Part shown: positions 1-9,087 of the stretch, in pieces
Layout: the number at the start of each line of letters is the position of its first letter
Position numbering within the stretch: the stretch's first letter is position 1
Assembly (NCBI GenBank): GCA_947629235.1
Contig: CANRCX010000004.1
Span: 13,191 to 77,190 of the forward strand
DNA: 64,000 nt
Reading direction: 5' to 3'
Origin: an uncultured Bacilli bacterium
GTDB lineage: Bacteria; Bacillota_I; Bacilli_A; RF39; UBA660
Made by a program: the position numbers and the translations under genes
The notes under the pieces: generated by a model
The model's input: only the letters and a program-made list of their open reading frames with translations
The model's database searches: none
Told to the model about the DNA's origin: nothing

Positions 1-695
1 ATATTAATTTTAAAATAGATGGCCCAATTAATATAAATGGAAATATGATAGTTAATTCAAATATAGATTTAAATAATCAAAAATCATGTAACGTGAATAT
101 TGCAATAAATTATATAGATAATAAAAATAATGAATCTTCTATAAAACTTATAAGTAATAAATCATTTATATTTGAATCTAAAAATATAGAATATAATGAA
201 CAAATAATAGTTAATCCATGGAGTATATTTGATAGATTTATATATCATTCTATTAAAAAAGGTAAATTTAATAGTAATTTAAATTCTTATTATAAAGAAA
301 ATGTAAATTATATAGAAAGAGATAAAAATAATGCATATTTAAAAACAGTTACAAAATTAATTGATAATTATAAAATTAGAAAATATGAAAATCAATTATA
401 TCATAAAGTACCAGATAAAGAATTAACAAAAGGTACTATTCAAAAAGGTTTATTAATGCAAAAAATAGATAAAACATATTCTAAAAAAATAAAAGAATTA
501 CAAAAACTATTTAATAAAAATAAAGTATTAATTTTTGATAATTTAATATCTGTTACATTTGATAAAACATCTCCACAAGAAATAAATCATTTATTTGCTA
601 CAGAAATAGAAAAAATAAAATATTATAATGAAGAAGATAATTTAACAGATGCAATTTTTAAAAATAAAAAGACACAAAAAAGAATATTAAAATAA
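1..695 (+). CDS. hypothetical protein, C-terminal fragment (5' end lies upstream of the window)
   Basis: The frame of ORF 45..695 stays open back to base 3 (att aat ttt aaa ata gat ggc ...), so the ATG at 45 is probably internal. The protein is Asn/Lys-rich and has no motif I recognise. Confidence 0.5.
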   Translation, partial: INFKIDGPININGNMIVNSNIDLNNQKSCNVNIAINYIDNKNNESSIKLISNKSFIFESKNIEYNEQIIVNPWSIFDRFIYHSIKKGKFNSNLNSYYKENVNYIERDKNNAYLKTVTKLIDNYKIRKYENQLYHKVPDKELTKGTIQKGLLMQKIDKTYSKKIKELQKLFNKNKVLIFDNLISVTFDKTSPQEINHLFATEIEKIKYYNEEDNLTDAIFKNKKTQKRILK

Positions 696-769
696 ATTTA
701 TTATTCTTTTTTGTTTGCGTATTTTAAGAAATAATTTATAATGATATAATTATATTAAAGGAGAAACTT

Positions 770-1510
770 ATGAAAATAAATAAATTTAAAAAAGTTGGGA
801 AAAATAAATATAAAGTTATATTTGATAATAATGAAATAACTTTATATGAAGATGTTATTTTAAAATACGATTTATTATTAATAAAAGATGTTGATATAGA
901 TTTACTTGATAAAATAATAGAAGAAAATAAATATTATGATGCTTATTATACTGCACTTAATTATATTGAAATTAAATTACGTTATAAAAAAGAAATAATA
1001 TCATATTTGAAGAAAAAAGAATTTAGTGATGATTTAATTAATGAAGTAGTGAATAAATTAGAAGAATTAAAACTACTTAATAATAAAAATTATATAATAG
1101 CTTATACTAATGATAGAATAAATTTAAGTAGTGATGGGCCATATAAAATAAAAAAGTCACTATTAGAGTATGAATTTGATGAAGAAGATATAGATGAATA
1201 TTTAAATACTATTGATGATAGTATATGGATAGAAAAATTAAATAAAATAGTTAATAAAAAGAAAAATTTAATGAAAAGTAAAAGTTATTATATGTTTATT
1301 ACTAAAATGAAAAATGATTTATATAATTTAGGTTATGATAAATATATGATAGAAGAGATTCTTAAAAATATAGAATATAATTCAAATGCATTAGAAAAAG
1401 AAGCAGAAAAAGCAAAAAAGAAATTTAAAAATGATAAAACTAAAATAATTAATTCTCTTTTAAGAAAAGGTTTTGATTATGAAGATATAAAATCAATATT
1501 TAAAGATTAA
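770..1510 (+). CDS. recX: RecX-family regulatory protein
   Basis: 246 aa. The N-terminal KYKVIFDNNEITLYEDVILKYDL is followed by repeated helical modules (YYTALNYIEIKLRYKKEIISYLKKK; DLINEVVNKLEELKLLNNKNY; GPYKIKKSLLEYEF; LLRKGFDYEDI), typical of Firmicute RecX. RBS aaaggag lies upstream. Confidence 0.6.
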   Translation: MKINKFKKVGKNKYKVIFDNNEITLYEDVILKYDLLLIKDVDIDLLDKIIEENKYYDAYYTALNYIEIKLRYKKEIISYLKKKEFSDDLINEVVNKLEELKLLNNKNYIIAYTNDRINLSSDGPYKIKKSLLEYEFDEEDIDEYLNTIDDSIWIEKLNKIVNKKKNLMKSKSYYMFITKMKNDLYNLGYDKYMIEEILKNIEYNSNALEKEAEKAKKKFKNDKTKIINSLLRKGFDYEDIKSIFKD

Positions 1511-1543
1511 AAAACTCACAATATTTTGTGAGTAATTTTTTTT
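1511..1543. terminator. bidirectional intrinsic terminator shared by convergent recX and prsA
   Basis: Stem ACTCACAA (1514-1521) pairs with TTGTGAGT (1526-1533) around loop TATT. It is flanked by AAAA on one side and AATTTTTTTT on the other. Confidence 0.7.
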
Positions 1544-2516
1544 AATTTAAACTAGTATCTTGACTAGAAACTAAATCATTAAAACTTTTTTCTAAATCAG
1601 TATCAACAAATTTCATTTTATTTTCTTCTCTTAATGCTTTTAATGCTTTAGCAGTAAATCCAGTTTCTAAAGCTATTTCTCTACCAATAGTAGTTCTAAT
1701 TTCTTCTTTTAATTCATCTGTTAATTCTGGTTTATCATCTTGACTAGTTCTATATAAAATATGATATCCTTGACTAGATTTTACAGGGCTAGTTGTATAA
1801 CTTCCATCTTTTAATCCAAGTAGTGCATCAAATACTTCACTTTCAACATCGTTAGTATTTACTTTTCCTAAACTACCACCATTATTAGCAGTTTCACTAT
1901 CTTTAGAATATTCTTTAGCAGCTTGAGCAAAATCCTTTCCATCTTTTAATTCTTGAATTATATTTTTAGCTTTTTCAAGAGCTTTATTTTCAGCATCTTT
2001 CTTTTCATCATCACTAGCACTACTACTAACATCAATAGTAATTAAAATTTGACTAGCTTCAATATCTCCATATACTTCTTGTTCATAATAATCATTTAAT
2101 TGTTTATCTGTTACACTTTCAATAGCATAATCTTCTGCCCATAAATTTCTTTTGTAATTAAGTGATAAATAATCTCTAAATGCACTATCATCTTTTACAT
2201 TAAATGTTGAACTTATATAATCTTCATAATCATAACCATATTTCTTAGTTTCATCTTTTAGTTGTTTAATAGTTTGATTTATATATGTTTTTTCACTTTC
2301 TGTAGTTTCATATTTTTCTTTTAATAATTTAGAATCTATTAAATCCATAATCTTCTCAGCACCATAAGATTCTTTTAATTCTTTATACAATTCATCTACA
2401 CTAATTCCACCATTTTCAAATGTAACTATTGCTTTTTCTCCATTATCAAGTTTTACATCTTTACAACCAGTTACTAATAATAAACATAGTGCTCCAAGTA
2501 ATAACTTTTTCTTCAT
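1542..2516 (-). CDS. prsA: PrsA-type foldase lipoprotein (parvulin peptidyl-prolyl isomerase)
   Basis: Lipoprotein signal with lipobox MKKKLLLGALCLLLVTGC. Parvulin signature SSQGYHILY near the C-terminus. AGGAGG RBS. Confidence 0.8.
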   Translation of the reverse strand: MKKKLLLGALCLLLVTGCKDVKLDNGEKAIVTFENGGISVDELYKELKESYGAEKIMDLIDSKLLKEKYETTESEKTYINQTIKQLKDETKKYGYDYEDYISSTFNVKDDSAFRDYLSLNYKRNLWAEDYAIESVTDKQLNDYYEQEVYGDIEASQILITIDVSSSASDDEKKDAENKALEKAKNIIQELKDGKDFAQAAKEYSKDSETANNGGSLGKVNTNDVESEVFDALLGLKDGSYTTSPVKSSQGYHILYRTSQDDKPELTDELKEEIRTTIGREIALETGFTAKALKALREENKMKFVDTDLEKSFNDLVSSQDTSLN

Positions 2517-2641
2517 TTTAATTTCCTCCTAACTCTTAATATAATAGCAAATATAACATTAAAATACAAGTAATTATCATACACAAAAAATAAGTTTTAA
2601 CATACTATAAGAGTGTAAAGATAAAAAAGGAGGAATGTTTT

Positions 2642-2758
2642 ATGAATTCAGGATGCGGTTGTAATTCTTGTAATGGTAATGGAAATGGCATTGGTGGAGC
2701 AGCATTTGCACTAGTATTATTCATATTATTAGTAATCATACTAGGTGCTTTTATCTAG
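2642..2758 (+). CDS. tiny transmembrane protein, YjcZ-like (not in ORF track)
   Basis: 38 codons, MNSGCGCNSCNGNGNGIGGAAFALVLFILLVIILGAFI. AGGAGG lies 8 nt upstream. A Gly/Asn/Cys head plus an FALVLFILLVII tail is the pattern of the YjcZ / tiny_TM_bacill sporulation-protein family. Confidence 0.55.
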   Translation: MNSGCGCNSCNGNGNGIGGAAFALVLFILLVIILGAFI

Positions 2759-2777
2759 TTTAAGGAGGTGCAATTAT

Positions 2778-2870
2778 ATGTGTGGTAATTATCAAGGAGC
2801 TAATATATTCTTTATAATTTTAGTACTATTTATTCTTTTAGCTATAATTTTTGGCTTTGGAGGATGGTAG
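2778..2870 (+). CDS. tiny transmembrane protein, YjcZ-like paralog (not in ORF track)
   Basis: 30 codons, MCGNYQGANIFFIILVLFILLAIIFGFGGW. It has its own AAGGAGGTG RBS (2762-2770) and shares the VLFILL core with the ORF 20 nt upstream. Confidence 0.5.
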   Translation: MCGNYQGANIFFIILVLFILLAIIFGFGGW

Positions 2871-2876
2871 TAATAT

Positions 2877-2906
2877 AAAAGAGAACATTTTCTCTTTTTA
2901 TTTTGT
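2877..2906 (+). terminator. intrinsic terminator after the tiny-ORF pair
   Basis: AAAGAGAA (2878-2885), loop CATT, TTCTCTTT (2890-2897), then TTATTTT. Confidence 0.6.
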
Positions 2907-2941
2907 CATTTTTTTGATAAAATAATTTAAGAGGTGAGTTT

Positions 2942-4228
2942 ATGATAGATATTAAACTTATAAGAGAAAATAGAGAAGTAGTAAAAGAAAATATTAAAAA
3001 GAAATTTCAAGATGAAAAATTACCTTTAGTAGATGAAGTATTTGAACTTGATAGAGAATATCGTGAATGTAAATCAAAAGGTGATAATTTAAGAAGTGAA
3101 AAAAATAATTTAAGTTCCAAAATTGGTGAACTTATGAGAAATAAAAAAGTAGATGAAGCTAATAAAATAAAAGAAAATGTTTCTAAAATGCAAGATGAGA
3201 TTACATCATTAGGAGAAAGAGAAGAAGAGTTAGAAGTTAAAATAAAAGAAATAATGATGGTTATTCCAAATATAATAGATGAAAGTGTACCAATTGGAAA
3301 AGATGATAGTGAAAATGTTGAAGTTGAAAAATTTGGTGAACCAATTGTTCCAAAGTATGAAATACCATATCATGCAGATATAATTGAAAGTTTAAATGGA
3401 ATGGATAAAGATGCAGCAGGAAGAACTAGTGGACAAGGATTTTATTATCTTCTTGGTGATATAGCTAGACTTCATGAAGCAATGATAGCGTATGCAAGAG
3501 ATTATATGATTGAAAAAGGATTTACTTATGCAATTCCACCATTTATGATTCATAGTGATGTAGTTACTGGTGTTATGTCTTTCCCTGAAATGGAAGCAAT
3601 GATGTATAAAATTGAAGGAGAAGATTTATATTTAATTGGAACTAGTGAACACTCAATGATAGGTAGATTTAAAGATCAAATGTTAAAGAAAGAAGATTTA
3701 CCAATTAGAATGACTTCATATTCACCATGTTTTAGAAAAGAAGGTGGATCTCATGGCTTAGAAGAAAGAGGTTTATATAGAGTTCATCAATTCGAGAAAC
3801 AAGAAATGATTGTTTTATGTGAACCAGAAGATTCAATGAAATATTATAATGATATGTGGAAATATACAGTAGAAGTATTTAGAAATATGGATATTCCTGT
3901 AAGACAACTTGAATGTTGTAGTGGAGATCTAGCTGACTTAAAAGTTAAATCATGTGATATTGAAGCATGGAGTCCAAGACAACAAAAATATTTTGAAGTA
4001 GGATCTTGTTCTAATTTAGGGGATGCACAAGCAAGAAGACTTTCTATTAGAGTAAAAGGTGAGAATGGTAATTATTATTTACATACACTAAATAATACAG
4101 TACTAGCATCTCCTCGTGGACTTATTGCTTTAATTGAAAACAATTATCAAGAAGATGGATCAATTAAAATACCAAAAGTATTACAACCATATATGGGTGG
4201 TAAAAAAGTCATTAAGAAAGAGAATTAG
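2942..4228 (+). CDS. serS: seryl-tRNA synthetase
   Basis: 428 aa. An N-terminal coiled-coil arm (MIDIKLIRENREVVKENIKKK) is followed by class II motifs (FRKEGGSHGLEERGLYRVHQFEKQE; GSCSNLGDAQARRL; LNNTVLASPRGLIALIENNYQ). Confidence 0.95.
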   Translation: MIDIKLIRENREVVKENIKKKFQDEKLPLVDEVFELDREYRECKSKGDNLRSEKNNLSSKIGELMRNKKVDEANKIKENVSKMQDEITSLGEREEELEVKIKEIMMVIPNIIDESVPIGKDDSENVEVEKFGEPIVPKYEIPYHADIIESLNGMDKDAAGRTSGQGFYYLLGDIARLHEAMIAYARDYMIEKGFTYAIPPFMIHSDVVTGVMSFPEMEAMMYKIEGEDLYLIGTSEHSMIGRFKDQMLKKEDLPIRMTSYSPCFRKEGGSHGLEERGLYRVHQFEKQEMIVLCEPEDSMKYYNDMWKYTVEVFRNMDIPVRQLECCSGDLADLKVKSCDIEAWSPRQQKYFEVGSCSNLGDAQARRLSIRVKGENGNYYLHTLNNTVLASPRGLIALIENNYQEDGSIKIPKVLQPYMGGKKVIKKEN

Positions 4229-4240
4229 TTCTCTTTTTTT
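4217..4240 (+). terminator. intrinsic terminator overlapping the serS stop codon
   Basis: AAAGAGAA (4217-4224), loop TTAG (contains the stop), TTCTCTTT (4229-4236), then a T-run. Confidence 0.6.
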
Positions 4241-4287
4241 ATTCTTTTTACTATGTTATAATTATTATAATATAGGAGAAGTACAAA

Positions 4288-5814
4288 ATGAAAAAGCTAT
4301 TAAAAAAAGAACAAATACTTTTAGAAATTTTATCAGATATTTATATTTTTACTTTAATAATTATTTTTCCATTAATAGTTAATAAAACTGGTTTCTTTCA
4401 TATATTGGAATGTAAATGGTATTCATTTGTACTTATCGCGACAACATATATTTTATTAAGCTTAATTATAGTATTATATTTTTTAATATTTAAAAAAGTA
4501 AATTATTTTAAAAAATATAAATTTTCTATTATACAGTATTTAGCTATTATATTTTTATTTGTAAATATTGTTTCTTGTTTTTTATCTCCTTTTTTAAATA
4601 AATATAATTTATTTATTGGAGTAGGTAGAGGTGAAGGATTAATAGTAACATCTTTATATATTTTATCTTTTTTATGTTTAACATTTTTTGCTAAATTTAA
4701 GAAAAAATATATTTTATATTTTTCTATTTCTTCAATACTTTTAAATTTAATAGCAATATTACAATATATTGGATTTAATCCATTTAATATGTATCAAAAT
4801 GGTATAGGAACTCATAATGTAAGTTTTATGACAACAATTGGTAATATAGATTTTATATCAGCAATGTATACAATATTATTAACTATATCATTTAGTTCAT
4901 TTATATTTTTAGAAGATAATAAAACATATGAAAAAATTATTCATTTATTATCAGTTTTAATGGGTTCATTTATATTTGGAATAATAAATGTTCAAAGTGG
5001 AAAAGTTGCATTTTTAGTAACATTAGTTATAATATTTCCATTTATAATTACAAATAATAAAAGACTATCTAGATTTTTAATTATGATATCAACAATATTA
5101 TTATCTTATTGTATAAATATAATTATTAATCCAGAATATCATTATGATTTAAATAAGTTAGGACTTTATTTTCAATTTAATTATTTAGTTATTTTATTTT
5201 TAATAGTATGTAGTTTATTAATATATTTATCTTATATATTAAAAAATACTAAATATGATTTTTCTAATAATAAAAAAATAATAAGAAACTTTTATATATT
5301 AATAGTATCTTGTATTTTAATTGTAATAGTTTCTTTATATTTTATTGATTTTAAAAGTGGTATTTTATATGAAGTTCATGAATTATTACATGGAAACTTT
5401 GATGATGAATTTGGTACATATAGAATATTTCTATGGAAAAGATCATTAAAATTAATATTAGACTATCCAATACTTGGAACAGGTCCTGATAGCTTTGCTG
5501 TTAGATTTATGGCTAAATATACTAATGATATTATGGCAATTGGTCCTTTAACAATAAATGATACAGCAGCTAATGTTTATTTAACAATGACTGTTAATTT
5601 AGGAATTATAGGTTTATTAAATTATTTATCATTCTTATTTTATAATTTAAAAGAAGGAATTAAAAATATAAATAAATATTCTGTTGTTTTATTAATCGCT
5701 ATTATTTGTTATATAACTCAAGATTTTTTCAATTTATCTGTAGTTATTGTAAGTCCATTATTTTGGGCATTGTTAGCTATTCATTATATTAGTTATAAGA
5801 ATAAAAATACTTGA
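4288..5814 (+). CDS. O-antigen ligase/polymerase (Wzy_C)-like polytopic membrane protein
   Basis: 508 aa with at least 10 hydrophobic segments. A large loop carries YRIFLWKRSLKLILDYPILGTGPDSFAVRF, which is the R..lW...l.....P.fG.G.gsF signature of the Wzy_C / O-antigen ligase family. Confidence 0.6.
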   Translation: MKKLLKKEQILLEILSDIYIFTLIIIFPLIVNKTGFFHILECKWYSFVLIATTYILLSLIIVLYFLIFKKVNYFKKYKFSIIQYLAIIFLFVNIVSCFLSPFLNKYNLFIGVGRGEGLIVTSLYILSFLCLTFFAKFKKKYILYFSISSILLNLIAILQYIGFNPFNMYQNGIGTHNVSFMTTIGNIDFISAMYTILLTISFSSFIFLEDNKTYEKIIHLLSVLMGSFIFGIINVQSGKVAFLVTLVIIFPFIITNNKRLSRFLIMISTILLSYCINIIINPEYHYDLNKLGLYFQFNYLVILFLIVCSLLIYLSYILKNTKYDFSNNKKIIRNFYILIVSCILIVIVSLYFIDFKSGILYEVHELLHGNFDDEFGTYRIFLWKRSLKLILDYPILGTGPDSFAVRFMAKYTNDIMAIGPLTINDTAANVYLTMTVNLGIIGLLNYLSFLFYNLKEGIKNINKYSVVLLIAIICYITQDFFNLSVVIVSPLFWALLAIHYISYKNKNT

Positions 5815-5867
5815 AAAATTAATCAATATAAGAGATAATTATTATTGTAGTAGGAGAGTGAAAAGTA

Positions 5868-7484
5868 GTGAATGATTATGAAAATAAAGTTTTAAAATAT
5901 ATATTAAGTGGTATTTTTATATTTGTTTTCGGAATATTTATAGGATATCAATTAGATAATAATGGAATTAAATCTATTCAAGGATATTTATTTAATTCTT
6001 TAACTAACGCGACTGATTCAAATGCAACAGATTCAAATGCTACTGATGCTAATGCTACTAATTCTAATGCTGAATGTTTTGATTGTGCAAATGCTAGTGA
6101 TGATGTAATATATTTAAGTGATTTTTATTTAAAAGATACTGAAGTAAAATCTGGTGATAGATTAAATTTAGTTGTTGACACTTGTGGTGCTACTATAAGA
6201 GAAATAGTAGTAACTTTTAAAGATTATAGTAATGATAATATATTTAATGCTAGAGTAAAAGCAATTAATACTGACCCATACATTGAAGTACCATACAATA
6301 TTTTTAGTGGTGAATATACAGTTAATGATGTTTTATTAATTGCTAATAATAGTGATGGAACAACATTTTCAAAACATTATAGTTATGATTCAGAAGATGA
6401 TGAATATTATTGGGATTTTTATTATGAGACAGTAACAATTACTGTTCCAGAAAATAAAGTTCATTTAATAAATACATTTAATATTAAAAGTACTAATGCA
6501 ATGGCAGGAGATAAAATTTATATAGATTATTCTTTATATGGATCTGAAAAATTAAAAAATTTATATTTAACTTTTGAAGAAATAAATAGTCATGATTCAT
6601 TTTCTACAACAGTAAATTCATTAGATAGTTCACCATATTTCTATATACCTTCTAATGTTAAAAAAGGAAATTATGTATTATCAGAAATACTTGCATTATC
6701 AGCACATAATTCAATTTATGAAGATATTGATAAATTTAGTTATTCTATAAATGTAAATGGTGTTAATAGTAATAGCTTATATTATAATCTTCAAGATTTA
6801 GATTCAAAAACTATATCAGAATTATATAAAAATGATACAGATATTATTGTAAATGAAGGAATAATTAAAAAAGATGTATTTAATGCTATTAAAGGTAAAA
6901 ATAAAAACTTAATAATTGAAAGCAATAATAATCAAATGGTATTTAATGGAAAAGATATAAAAAATGCAAAAGAAATAGATGCAGAATTTGAATCTACTAA
7001 TGTAAAAGATTTTCCTAATATAGAAAATCATGTTAAAAATGGTGTAGTTTTAAATTTTGTAAATAATGGTGATTTACCAGGAAAAGCAACTATAAGAATA
7101 AAATCAACTGATACTATAAGTTCAATTTTAGAAAATAAAAAAATATATGTATATTATTATAATGAAGATAGTGATAATTTCTGTATAATTGATTCAAATA
7201 TTAAATTAACAAAAGATGGATATTATGAATTTGAAATTACACATAATTCAAATTACTTATTAGTTAATTATAAATTAGATAGTTCTTTAGTTGTTGATAA
7301 TAATGTTGTAACATTTCAAAAAAGTAAATTAATTAATATAGCATTAATATTAGGTGGATTCTTACTAGCAGTTATTGTTATAGTAGTTATTATAATAATA
7401 CAAAAGAAAAATAAGAAAAAGAAACTTAATCCAGAAGAAACAAATAATGAAGTAAAAGAAGAAAAAAATAATACTTTAAATTAA
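5868..7484 (+). CDS. secreted/surface protein with N- and C-terminal membrane segments, function unknown
   Basis: GTG start 9 nt after AGGAGAG. It has an N-terminal TM segment (ILSGIFIFVFGIFIGY), a tandem NATDS repeat, and a C-terminal TM segment plus a basic tail (ALILGGFLLAVIVIVVIIIIQKKNKKKK). Confidence 0.6.
   Translation: MNDYENKVLKYILSGIFIFVFGIFIGYQLDNNGIKSIQGYLFNSLTNATDSNATDSNATDANATNSNAECFDCANASDDVIYLSDFYLKDTEVKSGDRLNLVVDTCGATIREIVVTFKDYSNDNIFNARVKAINTDPYIEVPYNIFSGEYTVNDVLLIANNSDGTTFSKHYSYDSEDDEYYWDFYYETVTITVPENKVHLINTFNIKSTNAMAGDKIYIDYSLYGSEKLKNLYLTFEEINSHDSFSTTVNSLDSSPYFYIPSNVKKGNYVLSEILALSAHNSIYEDIDKFSYSINVNGVNSNSLYYNLQDLDSKTISELYKNDTDIIVNEGIIKKDVFNAIKGKNKNLIIESNNNQMVFNGKDIKNAKEIDAEFESTNVKDFPNIENHVKNGVVLNFVNNGDLPGKATIRIKSTDTISSILENKKIYVYYYNEDSDNFCIIDSNIKLTKDGYYEFEITHNSNYLLVNYKLDSSLVVDNNVVTFQKSKLINIALILGGFLLAVIVIVVIIIIQKKNKKKKLNPEETNNEVKEEKNNTLN
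6006..6071 (+). repeat. 15-bp coding tandem repeat, about 4.4 copies, encoding N-A-T-D/N-S/A
   Basis: aac gcg act gat tca / aat gca aca gat tca / aat gct act gat gct / aat gct act aat tct / aat gct. Confidence 0.85.
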
Positions 7485-7488
7485 AGTG

Positions 7489-8088
7489 TTATTTTCTTTT
7501 ACAATATGAAATTATATAATTATCTATATCATTTATAAATCCACATTCAACAGTTTTATCACTACAATAAACTTTATTATTTTTAATTATAAATTCAACA
7601 CTAAAAATATTATTTAAATTTGTTCCTTTCATTTTAAAATAAGCTTCTTTTAATGTATATATTTGAAATAATCTCTTTTCTATATCATTATTACTTTTTA
7701 ATATATATTCTTTTTCTTTATTAGTAGCAAAATAATTAATAGTATTTAAATTAGTTTTTCTCACTTTTTCAATATCTATTCCAATTTCTTTATTTGATAC
7801 TATAGTTATAATATAATCAAATGAATGACTTATATTAAAATATATATCTTTATCTTTTATATAAGATTTACCATAATTATTATAATTAAAATCTAAATTA
7901 CTATAATTTAAATTATATAAATCTAAAAGTAAATCTTTTAATAATATTTCACCAATAATAGATAATAATTTTAATTTATTATTTTTATATTTATCTATTT
8001 TATCTTTTTTAAAATTATTTATTTTATTATAAAAACTTATTATTTCATCTTCATTATAATCATTAATTGTTTTGATTAAGTATTTCAA
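7489..8088 (-). CDS. Sfp-type 4'-phosphopantetheinyl transferase
   Basis: 199 aa with GIDIEKV and the LKEAYFKMKG (W/K-E-A-x-x-K) motifs. The length and two-lobe layout fit Sfp-class PPTases. Confidence 0.7.
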   Translation of the reverse strand: MKYLIKTINDYNEDEIISFYNKINNFKKDKIDKYKNNKLKLLSIIGEILLKDLLLDLYNLNYSNLDFNYNNYGKSYIKDKDIYFNISHSFDYIITIVSNKEIGIDIEKVRKTNLNTINYFATNKEKEYILKSNNDIEKRLFQIYTLKEAYFKMKGTNLNNIFSVEFIIKNNKVYCSDKTVECGFINDIDNYIISYCKRK

Positions 8089-8214
8089 TATAACACCTCT
8101 TATATAATTTAAATTAAAATTATTATTTGTGTCAATATTTTTAAATAAAATATTAAAAATAATATTAATATTTGATATAATAAATTTAATATATAGAAAG
8201 AAAGAGTAGTAAAT

Positions 8215-9087
8215 ATGAGTAGAAAACTTTTTTGTGATATTAGTCCAACAACTTATAAAATTTCAATGAAAAAAGAAATTATGTTAAGACACATAAAAGA
8301 TTTTTTTAGTAGAGAAAAAATAGCTAAAACAAAGTCTAAAAAGGAACTATCAAATATAGTTAAAAGTCACACCTCTATACTTATAAGAAAACTAGCAGGA
8401 GTAGATTTAAAATTACAAGAAAATAAAGTTACTAATATTATGATTGCTTGTAATAAAATTAATGGAATAATAGTTCATCCTGGAGAAACATTTTCATATT
8501 GGAAAGTAGTTGGTCCAACCGGTAAAAAATATGGATATAAAAAAGGATTAGTTATTGGAAGAAAAGGATTATCTTCTGATTATGGTGGTGGATTATGTCA
8601 AATGGCTAATATGATACATTATTTAGTATTAAATAGTCCATTAGAAGTAACTGAATTACATCATCATTCAGATGCATTATTTCCAGATGATAGAAGACGA
8701 GTACCATTTGGGACAGGGACATCTGTAACATATAATAATGTAGATTATAGATTTAAAAATAATACTGATCAAGATGTTCAAATTTTAGTTTGGTGTGAAG
8801 GTGGAGAATTATGTGGAGAATTAAGGAGTGAAAGACCTTTTCCATGTAGATATAAATTAATAGAAGAAAATCATCATTTTGCAAAAGAAAATAATAAATA
8901 TTATAGAATTTCTCAAGTATATAGAATAGTTATTGATAAAATGACAAATGAAGAATTATATAGAGAACTAATATTAGATAATCACTCAGAAGTTTTATAT
9001 GATTATTCATTAATACCTAAAGATCAAATAAGAGATGATAAAAATGATAGAAAAAATAAAAGAAATAGTAAAAAGAAATCCAAATAA
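8215..9087 (+). CDS. VanW-domain protein
   Basis: PGETFSYWKVVG...YGYKKGLVI...YGGGLCQMANMIHYLVLNSPLEVTELHHHS matches the VanW core (GGG-x-CQ ... H). It has a Lys-rich C-terminal tail. Confidence 0.75.
   Translation: MSRKLFCDISPTTYKISMKKEIMLRHIKDFFSREKIAKTKSKKELSNIVKSHTSILIRKLAGVDLKLQENKVTNIMIACNKINGIIVHPGETFSYWKVVGPTGKKYGYKKGLVIGRKGLSSDYGGGLCQMANMIHYLVLNSPLEVTELHHHSDALFPDDRRRVPFGTGTSVTYNNVDYRFKNNTDQDVQILVWCEGGELCGELRSERPFPCRYKLIEENHHFAKENNKYYRISQVYRIVIDKMTNEELYRELILDNHSEVLYDYSLIPKDQIRDDKNDRKNKRNSKKKSK

Noticed and set aside
2871-2941. I looked for a T-box leader upstream of serS, which is common in Firmicutes.
   Set aside because: Only about 70 nt separate the preceding terminator from the serS RBS. 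There is no specifier hairpin and no AGGGUGGNACCGCG-like T-box sequence.
4134-4382. ORF-track entries that lie inside or antisense to much better genes: 4134..4382, 17309..17530, 19299..19589, 21145..21402, 29932..30126, 34004..34186, 35293..35493, 40567..40785, 44161..44406, 44891..45103, 45350..45667, 51482..51784, 52430..52654, 54447..54632, 56076..56351 and 57859..58245.
   Set aside because: All are Ile/Leu/Phe/Lys-rich shadow frames of confidently identified genes or of repeats. They lack an RBS and are expected by chance in DNA this AT-rich.
6006-6071. Tandem repeats (6006-6071, 45148-45231, 56176-56235 and the Asn/Gln tract at 31980-32075) considered as possible CRISPR arrays or other non-coding arrays.
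   Set aside because: All lie in frame inside long ORFs and have no unique spacers between the repeats. They encode low-complexity peptide linkers.
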